Source of the DNA: Clostridia bacterium
Lineage (GTDB): Bacteria; Bacillota; Clostridia; Oscillospirales; CAG-272
Length of the DNA: 64,000 nt
Assembly (NCBI GenBank): GCA_017501225.1
Contig: JAFVXH010000022.1
Coordinates: 4,407-68,406, forward strand
Direction of reading: 5' to 3'
Both the position numbers and the translations under genes were made by a program. Shown one piece after another: positions 1 to 8,658 of this stretch (positions are counted from its first letter, which is position 1; the number at the start of each line of letters is the position of its first letter). The notes beneath the pieces are model-generated. The model did no database searches and was not told the origin of the DNA. It worked only from the letters and a program-made list of their open reading frames with translations.

Positions 1-1569
1 CTCGGTCATCTTCTTGTAAACGCCGAATGCGCCGCCCCAGTCACGGTTATCCTCACCGTAAGCGATGAGAGTGGGATCCTCATAGAACTTGTCAATGATC
101 GGCTCGAACAAGCCGTCGGTGACGTTGTACATCTTCATCTTGGAAACAGGCTTGCCGTTTGCATCCTTTGCGGTACGAACCTTGCCTGCGATCTCCTTCA
201 CACGGGGGCACTCCTCCTTGGGCATCAGAACGTCGGGCTTGCGCTCGGGGTCCAGGCTTGCGACCTTCTGGTTGGAGAACATGATGGAGGAGATTGCGTC
301 GGGCTCCTTGACGAGGTCCATACGGGGAGAGATCTCATCGTTGATGGCAAGTTTCATGATCTCGGTCATGCGCTTGGTGATATCCTCCTGAATGGTTGCG
401 AACTCGTTCTCGGTTGCAACGCCGCCCAGAATGAGCTTGGTCTTGAACGCGAGAATCGGATCTGCTGCCTTCCAAGCCTCGATCTCCTCTGCGGTACGGT
501 AGGTGGAGGAGTCGGAGGGAGAGTGACCGGAAACACGGTAGGTAACAACGTCAAGCAGTGCGGGACCCTTGCCCTCAAGCAGAAGCTTCTTCTTGCGGGT
601 AACGGCGTCGATGACAGCCAGCGGATCGTAGCCGTTGACACGCTCTGCGTGCATCTGCTCGGGGTTGAAGCCGGCACCGAGGCGTGCTACCATGTCATAA
701 CCCATGGTCTCACCTCTGGTCTGACCGCCCATACCGTAGTGGTTGTTGAATACGTTGAACAGGATGGGGAGTCCTCCATCGCTGTACTTGCCGTCCATAC
801 CCCAGAGCTTGGTGATCTGGTCCATGGAGGAGAAGTTGAGGGACTCGAGAACAGGGCCTCTACCGGTTGCACCGTCACCGCAGTTGGAAACGATGATACC
901 GGGCTTATGGTTGGAGCGCTTGTAAAGAGCTGCACCCAGCGCGATGGGAGCGGATGCACCGACGATCGCGTTGTTGGGCATCAGACCGAAGGGAATGAAG
1001 AAGGCGTGCATGGATCCGCCCAAGCCGCGGTTGAAGCCGGTCTTGCGGGCAAAGATCTCAGCGAGCGCACCGTAGAGCAGGAAGTTGATTGCCAGCTCCT
1101 TGATGTTACCGCCTGCGTTCATGTGCTTCTCAACGACTGCGAGAACGGAGCCTCCAAGGAACTCCTTCATAATGTCGTAAAGCTCCTTGTCATCCAGCTT
1201 CTGGATGGAGGAAAGTCCCTTTGCAAGGATCTCACCGTGGCTGCGGTGGGAGCCGAAGGAAAGGTCGTTGATATCCAGGCAGTAAGCCTCACCGACGGCG
1301 GATGCCTCCTGACCGATGGAAAGGTGCGCAGGACCGGGGTTGTTGTACTCAACGCCGTTGTAAGCGCTCTTGGTCTTGACCTCGTTGAGCATGGTCTCAA
1401 ACTCGCGGATGATTGCCATGTCGCGGTAGATGCGCATCATGTCATCCTTGGAGTAGATCTTGAGCTCCTGCTTCAAGGTCTTGTTGTATTGACATACGGG
1501 AATGTCTTCAAAATGGATGTAACCCGCCTCAAAGGCTTTACCGGGGTCGACGTATTGACTCTTTGGCAT
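1..1569 (-). CDS. 2-oxoacid dehydrogenase E1 component, fused alpha/beta, TPP-dependent (partial; 3' end runs off the window)
   Basis: Not in the ORF track because it has no stop in the window. My hand translation of the minus strand from ATG 1569-1567 (GGAGAT RBS upstream) stays open and in frame to position 1. It reads MPKSQYVDPGKAFEAGYIHF..., has the TPP motif GDGATGRG...NVFNNHYGMG, and continues into a beta-subunit-like part (..LIAYGEDNRDWGGAFGVYKKMTE). It lies directly downstream of the E2 and E3 genes. Confidence 0.85.
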   Translation of the reverse strand, partial: MPKSQYVDPGKAFEAGYIHFEDIPVCQYNKTLKQELKIYSKDDMMRIYRDMAIIREFETMLNEVKTKSAYNGVEYNNPGPAHLSIGQEASAVGEAYCLDINDLSFGSHRSHGEILAKGLSSIQKLDDKELYDIMKEFLGGSVLAVVEKHMNAGGNIKELAINFLLYGALAEIFARKTGFNRGLGGSMHAFFIPFGLMPNNAIVGASAPIALGAALYKRSNHKPGIIVSNCGDGATGRGPVLESLNFSSMDQITKLWGMDGKYSDGGLPILFNVFNNHYGMGGQTRGETMGYDMVARLGAGFNPEQMHAERVNGYDPLAVIDAVTRKKKLLLEGKGPALLDVVTYRVSGHSPSDSSTYRTAEEIEAWKAADPILAFKTKLILGGVATENEFATIQEDITKRMTEIMKLAINDEISPRMDLVKEPDAISSIMFSNQKVASLDPERKPDVLMPKEECPRVKEIAGKVRTAKDANGKPVSKMKMYNVTDGLFEPIIDKFYEDPTLIAYGEDNRDWGGAFGVYKKMTE

Positions 1570-1594
1570 AGTAATTTATCTCCTTGTAATTTTT

Positions 1595-2953
1595 TTACAT
1601 GAACATGGATTCACGAATGACTTCGCAAACGGTGGGATGGGGGAATACGATCTTCTGGATGTCCTCAACGCGCATCTCGGTTTCCACCATCATAGCGGCA
1701 CCGTAGATGATCTCGGAGGCGTAGCTTCCGATCATATGGAGTCCCACGATATTTTTATGCTTTTTGTCGGTCAGAACCTTCAGGATGCCGTAGCCGTGCT
1801 CGTTTTCTGCGATGTATCTTCCGCTGTACTTGAGCGTTACGGTCTGAACGTTGACGTCCAGTCCCTTTTCCTTTGCGCTCTCGGTGGTTTCACCGACCGA
1901 CGCGACCTCGGGATTGGTGTAGATGACGGAGGGAATGGAGTTGTAGTTGACGCGATCCTTCTTGCCGAGGATGTTGTTGATGCAAACCTCACCCTCACGG
2001 TAAGCGGTGTGCGCCAGCATGGACTTGCCGTTGACGTCGCCTGCTGCCCAGACGCCGGGAACGTTGGTTTTGCCCAGCTCGTTGGTCACGATCGCACCGC
2101 GCTCGAGCTTCAGTCCGATGTTCTCACATCCAATTCCTGCGGTTCTTGCGCGTCTGCCGATGGAAACCAGCGCGTAATCTGCGGGAAGAACGGTTACCTT
2201 GCCGTCCTTTTCATAGGAAACGCTCTTGTTCTTGATGGAGGTTACCTTCGCTCCCAGGATGAACTCTACGCCGCGGGATGCGTAATCCTTCTGCAGGAGC
2301 TTGGAGATCTCTCTGTCTACGGGACCTGCGATATGATCGAGCATTTCAACCACGTAGACCTTTGCGCCTACCGAGTTGAAGTAGGATGCCATCTCAAGAC
2401 CGATGACGCCGCCGCCAACGACGACGATGGTCTTGGGGATCACGGTCAGATCCAGAATTTCGCGGTTGGTAAGAGCGAAGCCCTCCTTCAAGGATTCCTG
2501 AAGTCCGTCGATGGGAGGAAGTGCGGGAGCAGAGCCCGTTGCGATCAGGAGCTGCTTGCCGACGTATTCCTTACCGTCAGCGGTGACAACGAAGCCCTCG
2601 CTGTTGCGCTCTTTGATCGTTGCGGTTGCCTTGACGACCTCAACGCCACTCTTCTTGAGCTTTGCGCCAACGCCTGCAACCAGCTGCTTGACAACGCCGT
2701 TCTTACGGTTGACGACGAATGCGTGGTCGATATCGGCAGAGCCGAAGGTCACGCCGTAGTCCTTGCCGTGCTTTGCGTAGTCGTAAATCTTTGCGGAATA
2801 GAGAAGGGTTTTGGTGGGAATGCAACCCTCGTTGAGGCAAACACCGCCAAGGGCTCTTTCCTCAATGACAAGGGTCTTCAGACCTGCATGACCTGCACGC
2901 TCAGCGGCGTTGTAGCCGGCAGGGCCACCGCCCAAAATGATTAAATCATACAT
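1595..2953 (-). CDS. lpdA: dihydrolipoyl dehydrogenase (E3)
   Basis: 452 aa. N-terminal FAD fold MYDLIILGGGPAGYNAAERA and redox-active GGVCLNEGCIPTK disulfide motif. AAGGAGAG RBS. Sits between the E2 and E1 genes. Confidence 0.93.
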   Translation of the reverse strand: MYDLIILGGGPAGYNAAERAGHAGLKTLVIEERALGGVCLNEGCIPTKTLLYSAKIYDYAKHGKDYGVTFGSADIDHAFVVNRKNGVVKQLVAGVGAKLKKSGVEVVKATATIKERNSEGFVVTADGKEYVGKQLLIATGSAPALPPIDGLQESLKEGFALTNREILDLTVIPKTIVVVGGGVIGLEMASYFNSVGAKVYVVEMLDHIAGPVDREISKLLQKDYASRGVEFILGAKVTSIKNKSVSYEKDGKVTVLPADYALVSIGRRARTAGIGCENIGLKLERGAIVTNELGKTNVPGVWAAGDVNGKSMLAHTAYREGEVCINNILGKKDRVNYNSIPSVIYTNPEVASVGETTESAKEKGLDVNVQTVTLKYSGRYIAENEHGYGILKVLTDKKHKNIVGLHMIGSYASEIIYGAAMMVETEMRVEDIQKIVFPHPTVCEVIRESMFM

Positions 2954-2971
2954 GTTCTATGCTCTCCTTAT

Positions 2972-4318
2972 TTATTTTACCAAAAGCAGATCGATGTTCT
3001 CGAGTGCGAAGCAGAGATCCTTGAGGAATCTTGCTGCGTCTGCGCCGTCGAGTGCTCTGTGGTCAACGGTCAGGGACAGACCCATTGCGGGGTAGCCGAC
3101 GTCAACGCCGTTCACCTCTTTGAGTCTTCTGGTGACAGAACCAACGCCAAGGATTCCGGTCTGAGGAGGATTTACGATGGGAGTGAATGCCTCAACACCC
3201 ATAGATCCGAGGTTGGAAACCGTGAAGGTTGCGCCCTTGAGGAAGTCGGGGCTGATGGTGCCGCCCTGCGCCGCGGAGATCACCTGCTTCGCCTGTACGG
3301 AAAGCTCGTTGAGGGAAAGCTTCTCTGCGTGGAAGACGGTGGGAACCATCAATCCTCTGGGCGTGTCGACCGCAACACCGAGGTTGACGGTGTTGAAGTA
3401 TCTCATGGTATCATCCAGATAGTGCGCGTTCAGACCCTTCTGCTTGAGCAGTACGCGGGATACGGCATAGAGGATGATATCGTTGATGGTGATGTTTGCA
3501 AGCTCCATCTTCTCAGCGCCTGCCTTGAGGGTCTTGCGGAGCTCCAGGACCTTGGTCGCATCAAAGGTGGTATGGAAGGACAGCTGTGCCATGCTGGTGA
3601 GCGACGCGCACATCTGCTTTGCGATGATCTTTCTGATGTTGGGAAGCTTGACGTCCTCGTATTCGGGAAGATCGGATGCAGGAGCTGCGGCAGGAGCTGC
3701 GACAGGAGCTGCAGGTGCGTTCAGATCGGCAAGCATGACCTTACCGTTGATGCCGCTACCCTCAACAGGGCTGGTATAGGATGCGGATGCTGCGCCGGAA
3801 ACGGTCAGACCGCGGTCAACAAGGCTCTGTACGTCGCGCTCGATGATGCGTCCGTTGGGACCGGTGGGAGTTGCCTTGAGCAGATCGGCGCCGGTCTTCT
3901 GTGCGAGTGCCTTTGCTCTGGGAGAGATTGCGCCGGTTGCCTCGGTTGCAACGGGAGCAACGGGAGCGGCCTGTCCGACGGGCTCTGCCTTTGCGGGCTC
4001 CTCTGCTGCGGGAGCGGGAGCTTCTGCTTGAGCTGCGGGAGCCTCCTCGCCTGCGGGTGCGAACTGAGAAGCATCCTCTCCGTCCTCACCGATGACACAC
4101 ACATTTTCAAGGCAGGGGACGTCATCGCCTTCTTCTCTGAAAATTGCCAGAATTTTGCCGCTGATGGGAGCGGTTTCATCGAAGGAAGATTTGTCGGTTT
4201 CGTAGGAGAACAGGATCTCGCCCTTTTCTACAACATCGCCAACCTTTTTGTTCCAGGATGTAATGATGCAGGATTCAACGCTTTGTCCCTGGCGGGGCAT
4301 AATAATCGGTGTTGCCAT
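2972..4318 (-). CDS. dihydrolipoamide acyltransferase (E2) of a 2-oxoacid dehydrogenase complex
   Basis: Track ORF 2972-4552 trimmed to Met79 (MATPIIMPRQGQSVESCII..). It has a lipoyl domain (ETDKSSFD), an Ala/Pro-rich linker, an E3-binding region and the catalytic DHRALDG motif. The upstream extension of the ORF overlaps a promoter and RNA-like repeats. Confidence 0.9.
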   Translation of the reverse strand: MATPIIMPRQGQSVESCIITSWNKKVGDVVEKGEILFSYETDKSSFDETAPISGKILAIFREEGDDVPCLENVCVIGEDGEDASQFAPAGEEAPAAQAEAPAPAAEEPAKAEPVGQAAPVAPVATEATGAISPRAKALAQKTGADLLKATPTGPNGRIIERDVQSLVDRGLTVSGAASASYTSPVEGSGINGKVMLADLNAPAAPVAAPAAAPASDLPEYEDVKLPNIRKIIAKQMCASLTSMAQLSFHTTFDATKVLELRKTLKAGAEKMELANITINDIILYAVSRVLLKQKGLNAHYLDDTMRYFNTVNLGVAVDTPRGLMVPTVFHAEKLSLNELSVQAKQVISAAQGGTISPDFLKGATFTVSNLGSMGVEAFTPIVNPPQTGILGVGSVTRRLKEVNGVDVGYPAMGLSLTVDHRALDGADAARFLKDLCFALENIDLLLVK

Positions 4319-4361
4319 TCTTTTTGTTTCCTTTCTATAAAATGAAATTTTTACATCTACT

Positions 4362-4390
4362 ATTTTAGCACTTTGCGTCGGGAAAGTCAA
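4362..4390 (-). promoter_or_regulatory. sigma-A type promoter for the E2-E3-E1 operon
   Basis: Minus strand reads TTGACT (4390-4385), 17-nt spacer, TAAAAT (4367-4362), about 45 nt upstream of the E2 ATG. Confidence 0.6.
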
Positions 4391-4467
4391 TACGTTTTTG
4401 ATATTTATTATATATAAATAAAGGTTAGAATGAGTGCGCGGTTTTCTTAATTTCGCACAAGAGAGAG

Positions 4468-4620
4468 AAAAAAGAAAACCACCGACGTTGTCGGTGGTCG
4501 TTACATACGGGAATCTGAACCCAAACGTGCGATATAATGCGGTGCGAATCATTTGTCAGCGATGTCGCCCGTTATAGCAAATCCTGCGGATTTGCGTGGG
4601 TTCGATTCGTGACGAATAAC
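4468..4620 (-). repeat. tandem 152-nt RNA-like repeat, unit A (structured core plus intrinsic terminator)
   Basis: The core 4505-4612 is near-identical to 4657-4764. On the minus strand it ends with hairpin CCACCGAC-AAC-GUCGGUGG followed by UUUUCUUUUUU. It has an internal 8-bp hairpin GCAAAUCC-GCA-GGAUUUGC and complementary termini. Confidence 0.6.
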
Positions 4621-4772
4621 AAAAAGAAAACCACCGACAAAGTCGGCGGATATGGGATACGGGAATCTGAACCCAAACGTGCGATATAATGCGGTGCGAG
4701 TCGTTTGTCGGCGATGTCGCACGTTATAGCAAATCCTGCGGATTTGCGTGGGTTCGATTCGTAAAGAGTATC
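4621..4772 (-). repeat. tandem 152-nt RNA-like repeat, unit B (structured core plus intrinsic terminator)
   Basis: Second copy, with the same architecture. The terminator stem CCGCCGAC-UUU-GUCGGUGG pairs fully only on the minus-strand transcript (a G-U wobble there, an A-C mismatch on plus). It is followed by UUUUCUUUUU. Confidence 0.6.
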
Positions 4773-4774
4773 GA

Positions 4775-4817
4775 CAAAAAAGAACAGACACCACGTTGTG
4801 GTGTCTGTTCTTTTTTT
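4775..4817. terminator. bidirectional intrinsic terminator immediately 3' of tRNA-Glu
   Basis: Perfect 14-bp stem 4781-4794 / 4798-4811 with a 3-nt loop, flanked by an A-run (4775-4781) and a T-run (4811-4817). Confidence 0.8.
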
Positions 4818-4891
4818 GGTGACCCCTACGGGAATCGAACCCATGCCTTCGCCGTGAGAGGGCGACGTCTTAGCCGCTTGACTAAGGGGCC
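4817..4891 (-). tRNA. tRNA-Glu (anticodon CUC), CCA encoded
   Basis: Minus strand reads GGCCCCTTAGTCAAGCGGCTAAGACGTCGCCCTCTCACGGCGAAGGCATGGGTTCGATTCCCGTAGGGGTCACCA. Acceptor GGCCCCT/AGGGGTC, anticodon stem TCGCC/GGCGA with loop CTCTCAC, T-loop GGTTCGATTCC. Confidence 0.9.
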
Positions 4892-4909
4892 TTATTCGCT
4901 GACTTGCCC

Positions 4910-4938
4910 ATTATAGCATACTTTTTTTCAAATTGCAA
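4910..4938 (-). promoter_or_regulatory. promoter for tRNA-Glu
   Basis: Minus strand reads TTGCAA (4938-4933), 17-nt spacer, TATAAT (4915-4910), about 19 nt upstream of the mature tRNA 5' end. Confidence 0.6.
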
Positions 4939-5025
4939 TAGGTTTTTTCAAAAAAAATAAAAAATTTTTCTTTTTTTGTTTTTTACGTGAAAACGGAGAT
5001 GCGGTGTCGCATCTCCGTTCCTTTT

Positions 5026-6243
5026 TTATTTGCTTTTAATCCTTTTCCAATACTCTGCGGCTGCCTGCTCGGTCTTATTGCTTCCCGGCTGATAGAAGGT
5101 TGTGCCGATCAGATCATCGGGCAGATATTGCTGCTTGACGTAATGATCCTCGTAATCGTGCGGATATTTGTATCCCTTATAGAGTGGGCTTTGCAGGTGT
5201 GTCGGGATCACGTTGCCCTTGCCTGCCTGCACCGCGGCATTTGCCGCCATGATCGCAGCCTCCGCCGCATTGGATTTCGGCGCGGTCGCAAGCACGATGG
5301 TGGCGTGGGCGAGGGGGATCTGTGCCTCCGGGATGCCGAGCTCCTTTGCCGATTCACAGCATGCGCGCGTCACGGCGGCAGCCATGGGATAGGCGGGGCC
5401 GATATCCTCGGACGCGATGACCTGCAATCTTCTGCATACCGACAAAAGCTCGCCCATTTGCAACAGCTTTGCAAGGTAAAAGACCGCGGCGTCGGGATCC
5501 GAGCCTCGGATGGATTTTTGCAGGCAGGAAAGCAGATCGAAGTGGATATCCTCGCTGTAATTGCCGATGGAGGTGTCAAAGCTATCTACGTGCTCGCGCC
5601 GAATGCACTCGTCCGCAGCGTGGTAAGCGTTTTCAAACAGAACGATAGAATGTCGCACGTCACCGCATGCGACCGTTGCGACGTAATCCAGAAGGCTGTC
5701 CTCCACCTGCTTTTGCGCGCCGTTTTCCGAATTGAGATAGTCAAGCGCGCGCCGCAGAACGGGGCGCAGCGCGATGGGGGCTACCGGCTTGAACTCAAAG
5801 AGCGACGCGCGGGAGAGAATGGCGTTGTAGATGAAAAAGTGCGGATTTTCGGTGGTCGAGGCGATCAGCGTGATGCGTCCGTCCTCCATATATTCCAGAA
5901 GCGATTGCTGCTGCTTGCGGTTGAAATACTGGATCTCGTCCAGATAGAGGAGAATTCCGCCCGAGCCAAAGACGTTGTTGGTCTGCTGAATGATATTTTT
6001 GACGTCGGCAAGCGTGGCGGACGTCGCGTTGAGGCGGTGAAAGGTCATGCCCGATGCCTTTGCGATGATGCCTGCGGCGGTGGTCTTACCCGTGCCGGGA
6101 GGGCCGAAGAAAATCATATTGGTCAATCTGCCGCTTGCCAGCATACGGCGGATAACGCCGCGTTCTCCAAACAGATGCTCCTGACCGACGATGCCGTCCA
6201 GCGTATCGGGGCGTAACAGATCCGCGAGTTGTGCGTTCTTCAT
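5026..6243 (-). CDS. rarA: replication-associated recombination protein A (AAA ATPase, RarA/MgsA family)
   Basis: Track ORF trimmed to MKNAQLADLLRPDTLDGIVGQEHL.. Walker A GPPGTGKTT, then the LYLDEIQYFNRKQQ box. A hairpin at 4993-5018 follows the stop. Confidence 0.88.
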   Translation of the reverse strand: MKNAQLADLLRPDTLDGIVGQEHLFGERGVIRRMLASGRLTNMIFFGPPGTGKTTAAGIIAKASGMTFHRLNATSATLADVKNIIQQTNNVFGSGGILLYLDEIQYFNRKQQQSLLEYMEDGRITLIASTTENPHFFIYNAILSRASLFEFKPVAPIALRPVLRRALDYLNSENGAQKQVEDSLLDYVATVACGDVRHSIVLFENAYHAADECIRREHVDSFDTSIGNYSEDIHFDLLSCLQKSIRGSDPDAAVFYLAKLLQMGELLSVCRRLQVIASEDIGPAYPMAAAVTRACCESAKELGIPEAQIPLAHATIVLATAPKSNAAEAAIMAANAAVQAGKGNVIPTHLQSPLYKGYKYPHDYEDHYVKQQYLPDDLIGTTFYQPGSNKTEQAAAEYWKRIKSK

Positions 6244-6283
6244 GGATGTCCTTTCCCAAGGAGGCATCCCGCCTCCCTGACGG

Positions 6284-8482
6284 TTACTTACCCCTATTAT
6301 AAAGCATTCCAACGATATTTGCAAGGTCTTTCTCCGCTTTTTTTCGCATATCTCTGACGCAATCCGCCAAAATCGGTGCATGGATCTGCCTTGCGGCGAT
6401 GCTCTCCTCCATTGCATCCACAAGCTCTCCCACCGAGATACCGTGTGCATTCAGGGCACGAAGTCCCATTTCCTTGCAGAATGCGGTCAGTTTGCTTTCG
6501 GAGCGATCCGTAAACACCGCGACAGCCGGCGTTTGCGCAACGCTTGCAAGGATCAGTCCGTGAAGCCGCATGCTCAGCACCAATTCGCTCTCTCCAAGCA
6601 GCGCGAGCGCGTCCTCGGCACAGTCCGGGCGCACGGGAATTCCACCGCACTGCTTTGCGAGCAGATGGGAGGAGGCGCGATCCTCCCGCCCGTCAAACGT
6701 ACAGAATACGGGAAACAGTCTGTGCCGTCTGCAAAGGATGCGTACCGCCGCGGGCAAAAGCACGCCAAGCGAGGTGCGCTCCACCTCCTTGTGCGGCACG
6801 ATCACAAGATAGCGTCCTGTCCTGGGAAGATGCGAGGCGCGACGGACTGTCAGCATCCGTCCGGCAGAGGGAGCGGAAAGCCAGAACGCCGCGTCCGCAC
6901 CGCAATACAGGTGCTCGGGAGAGATACCGTGCGTTCGCAAAAACCGAAGCGAATCTCTGTCACGCAGGCTGATATAACGGCATTTTGACAGAACGGAGAG
7001 CACCTGCTTTGTCGCACGCGCTCCTAGCAGAGGTCCGATCCCCGCGGCGTACAGACCGATATCGCAAAAGAGATTTGCCACGCGGAGCAGGGAAAGATAG
7101 TAAAGCAGCGAGCGGCTGCTGGTCGCGTTTTGCAAAAGAGAGCCTCCGCCGCAAAAAAAGAAATCCGAGCGCAGAAGGCAAAACAGGATCGCGATGGGAT
7201 TGTATCGGTGATAGCAGGCAACGCCGAATCGCGCACGATCGGCCCGTGGGGAGCCGGAGAGTGCAAGAATGCGCACGTCGGGAGCATACGCACGAAGGCC
7301 CGTTACCATCCCGAAAAAGATGGCGTCATCTCCAAGGTTTTTACATCCGAGATAGCCACCTACGGTGATTGTCGAGCGTGGCTTTACGTGCAGATATTTT
7401 TGGTAGAGCGCGCGGGTTTTTTCGCACATGACCGTGGCGTTGCAGTGCGTAAGAACCAGCTGACGCGCTTTGCTGGCGCAACGCTGACGGAATACGGGAG
7501 CGTGCAGAAGATAACACAGGTCGCTCAGCAGCGCGTCCTCCGTCGGCGAAGGACACCCTCTTGCCGAAAGATTGGTGTGGAGTGCCTCGCCAAAGACTGC
7601 GGGCTCCAAAATCCCGAAATAGCCTTCATTGCCTGCGAGAATGACCGCACACTCGGATGCGGCAGCCTCCATTGCGGCACGGGAAACACCGATAAAAATA
7701 TCAGCCGTTTGTAAAATACTTGACATATGCTCCACCGTCCCAAGCATCTCCACGGCGTCAATGCCCAGCCTTCGGTTGAGTGCGAGCGCTTTTTTGCGAA
7801 GTGCTTCGTATTCCGTTCCGCCTCCTGCGATGCGCAGGCGCACATTGGGGAATTCCTCCAGCAGGGAGGGAAGGATGCGCAAAAGGATCCTTGGCACTAA
7901 GCTGCAATCGGCGTCCAAGCGGCTGACAAACAGCAGCCTGATCGGTGCGTCTGCCGATTCCTCCTGACGCACATCCGGGATTGGCGGAAAAAAGCGCCTT
8001 GGGTCGATGCCGTTTTGGATGACCGTGATGCGCTCGGAGGGGATGCGGTACGCCTTTTTGGCGTACAGACGCAGATCCTCGCTGACGGCAATCGTGCGTT
8101 CCCCCCAATGACAGATCAGAGGGTAGGGGAAGCTTGCGCGAAAGTGCGCGTGCAGTGTGACGATCTCCAGAGTGCCGAAGCGCCCGACGCCCTTGATCAG
8201 GAGTGCGGGAATTCTTGCGTGCGCGTGGGCGACGTCAAAATGCTCCCTTTTGATCAGGCGAAGGACTTTTCTGCGCAGGAGAAGAAGCCTTACGGGATTG
8301 TGGGTGCGCGTGTCAAGGGTGTGCAGAACAACGCCTGCTTGCTCCAGTGCATCGGCAAGCTTTCCGCCGCCCGAAAGCAGGTGCACCTCGTCCCCCACAT
8401 CCAAAAGGGAGGTGGCAAGCTGCGCGATATGTGTTTCCGCACCGCCGCATTCCATGCGGTCGGTCAGTAGTAAGATCTTCAT
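6284..8482 (-). CDS. fusion protein: N-terminal GT4-type glycosyltransferase plus C-terminal polysaccharide pyruvyl transferase (CsaB-like)
   Basis: Trimmed to MKILLLTDRMECGGAETHIAQLA (GT4-like start, GGAGAC RBS). The C-terminal half, ITVGGYLGCKNLGDDAIF...FFFCGGGSLLQNATSSRSLLYY, matches my recollection of the CsaB/pyruvyl-transferase signature. Confidence 0.7.
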   Translation of the reverse strand: MKILLLTDRMECGGAETHIAQLATSLLDVGDEVHLLSGGGKLADALEQAGVVLHTLDTRTHNPVRLLLLRRKVLRLIKREHFDVAHAHARIPALLIKGVGRFGTLEIVTLHAHFRASFPYPLICHWGERTIAVSEDLRLYAKKAYRIPSERITVIQNGIDPRRFFPPIPDVRQEESADAPIRLLFVSRLDADCSLVPRILLRILPSLLEEFPNVRLRIAGGGTEYEALRKKALALNRRLGIDAVEMLGTVEHMSSILQTADIFIGVSRAAMEAAASECAVILAGNEGYFGILEPAVFGEALHTNLSARGCPSPTEDALLSDLCYLLHAPVFRQRCASKARQLVLTHCNATVMCEKTRALYQKYLHVKPRSTITVGGYLGCKNLGDDAIFFGMVTGLRAYAPDVRILALSGSPRADRARFGVACYHRYNPIAILFCLLRSDFFFCGGGSLLQNATSSRSLLYYLSLLRVANLFCDIGLYAAGIGPLLGARATKQVLSVLSKCRYISLRDRDSLRFLRTHGISPEHLYCGADAAFWLSAPSAGRMLTVRRASHLPRTGRYLVIVPHKEVERTSLGVLLPAAVRILCRRHRLFPVFCTFDGREDRASSHLLAKQCGGIPVRPDCAEDALALLGESELVLSMRLHGLILASVAQTPAVAVFTDRSESKLTAFCKEMGLRALNAHGISVGELVDAMEESIAARQIHAPILADCVRDMRKKAEKDLANIVGMLYNRGK

Positions 8483-8658
8483 GTTGCAGGTCTCCGTCCG
8501 TTGCGTGTTTTTGATTAGTTTGTGCTGTGCAGGGGCTTTTATCCAAAAAGAAAGCCGCTTCGTTTTTTCAACTGTTCCATTTTTGACCGCTTTGGATTCC
8601 TGATTTTTGTAAAATAGTAAGAAAATGGGAAAGTAGGTCAAAAATTTCACAAAAGCCC

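Noticed and set aside
523-1602. A 359-aa plus-strand ORF at the left edge, along with other long shadow ORFs: 1637-2944, 3059-4345, 4987-6216, 8702-10129, 12406-13470, 17150-18310, 20732-21889, 22093-23718, 23996-25456, 27669-29252, 56141-57979, 60842-62137.
   Set aside because: Each lies antisense to a gene with strong family motifs (E1, E3, E2, rarA, pgk, aspartate kinase, folC, cca, lipoprotein, flotillin, scfB, ABC, DegT). They lack an RBS and have odd composition, so they are shadows of real genes in high-GC DNA.
4319-4552. 5' extension of the E2 ORF (the track gives 2972-4552), and the ORFs 4549-4794 and 4572-4844, which run through the RNA-like repeats.
   Set aside because: The extension crosses a good promoter (4362-4390) and a terminator hairpin. 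The lipoyl domain starts at Met79 with its own context. The ATG present in repeat unit A is absent in unit B, so no peptide is conserved between the repeats.
4468-4772. Possibility that the two 152-nt repeats are tRNA genes, tRNA pseudogenes, or att-site duplications of the tRNA-Glu 3' end left by an integrative element.
   Set aside because: The T-arm-like segment has an 8-nt loop and a mismatched stem. There is no acceptor pairing, anticodon arm or CCA in either unit. The match to tRNA-Glu is only about 17 nt, and no integrase or other mobile gene is nearby. Kept as an unexplained structured-repeat finding instead.
6243-6450. N-terminal extensions of the rarA ORF (to 6450) and the GT4-CsaB ORF (to 8650).
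   Set aside because: The extensions lack an RBS. The rarA extension overlaps the 3' end of the upstream CDS, and the GT4-CsaB extension runs into the divergent pgk intergenic region. The internal Mets chosen give canonical family N-termini and have purine-rich RBSs.
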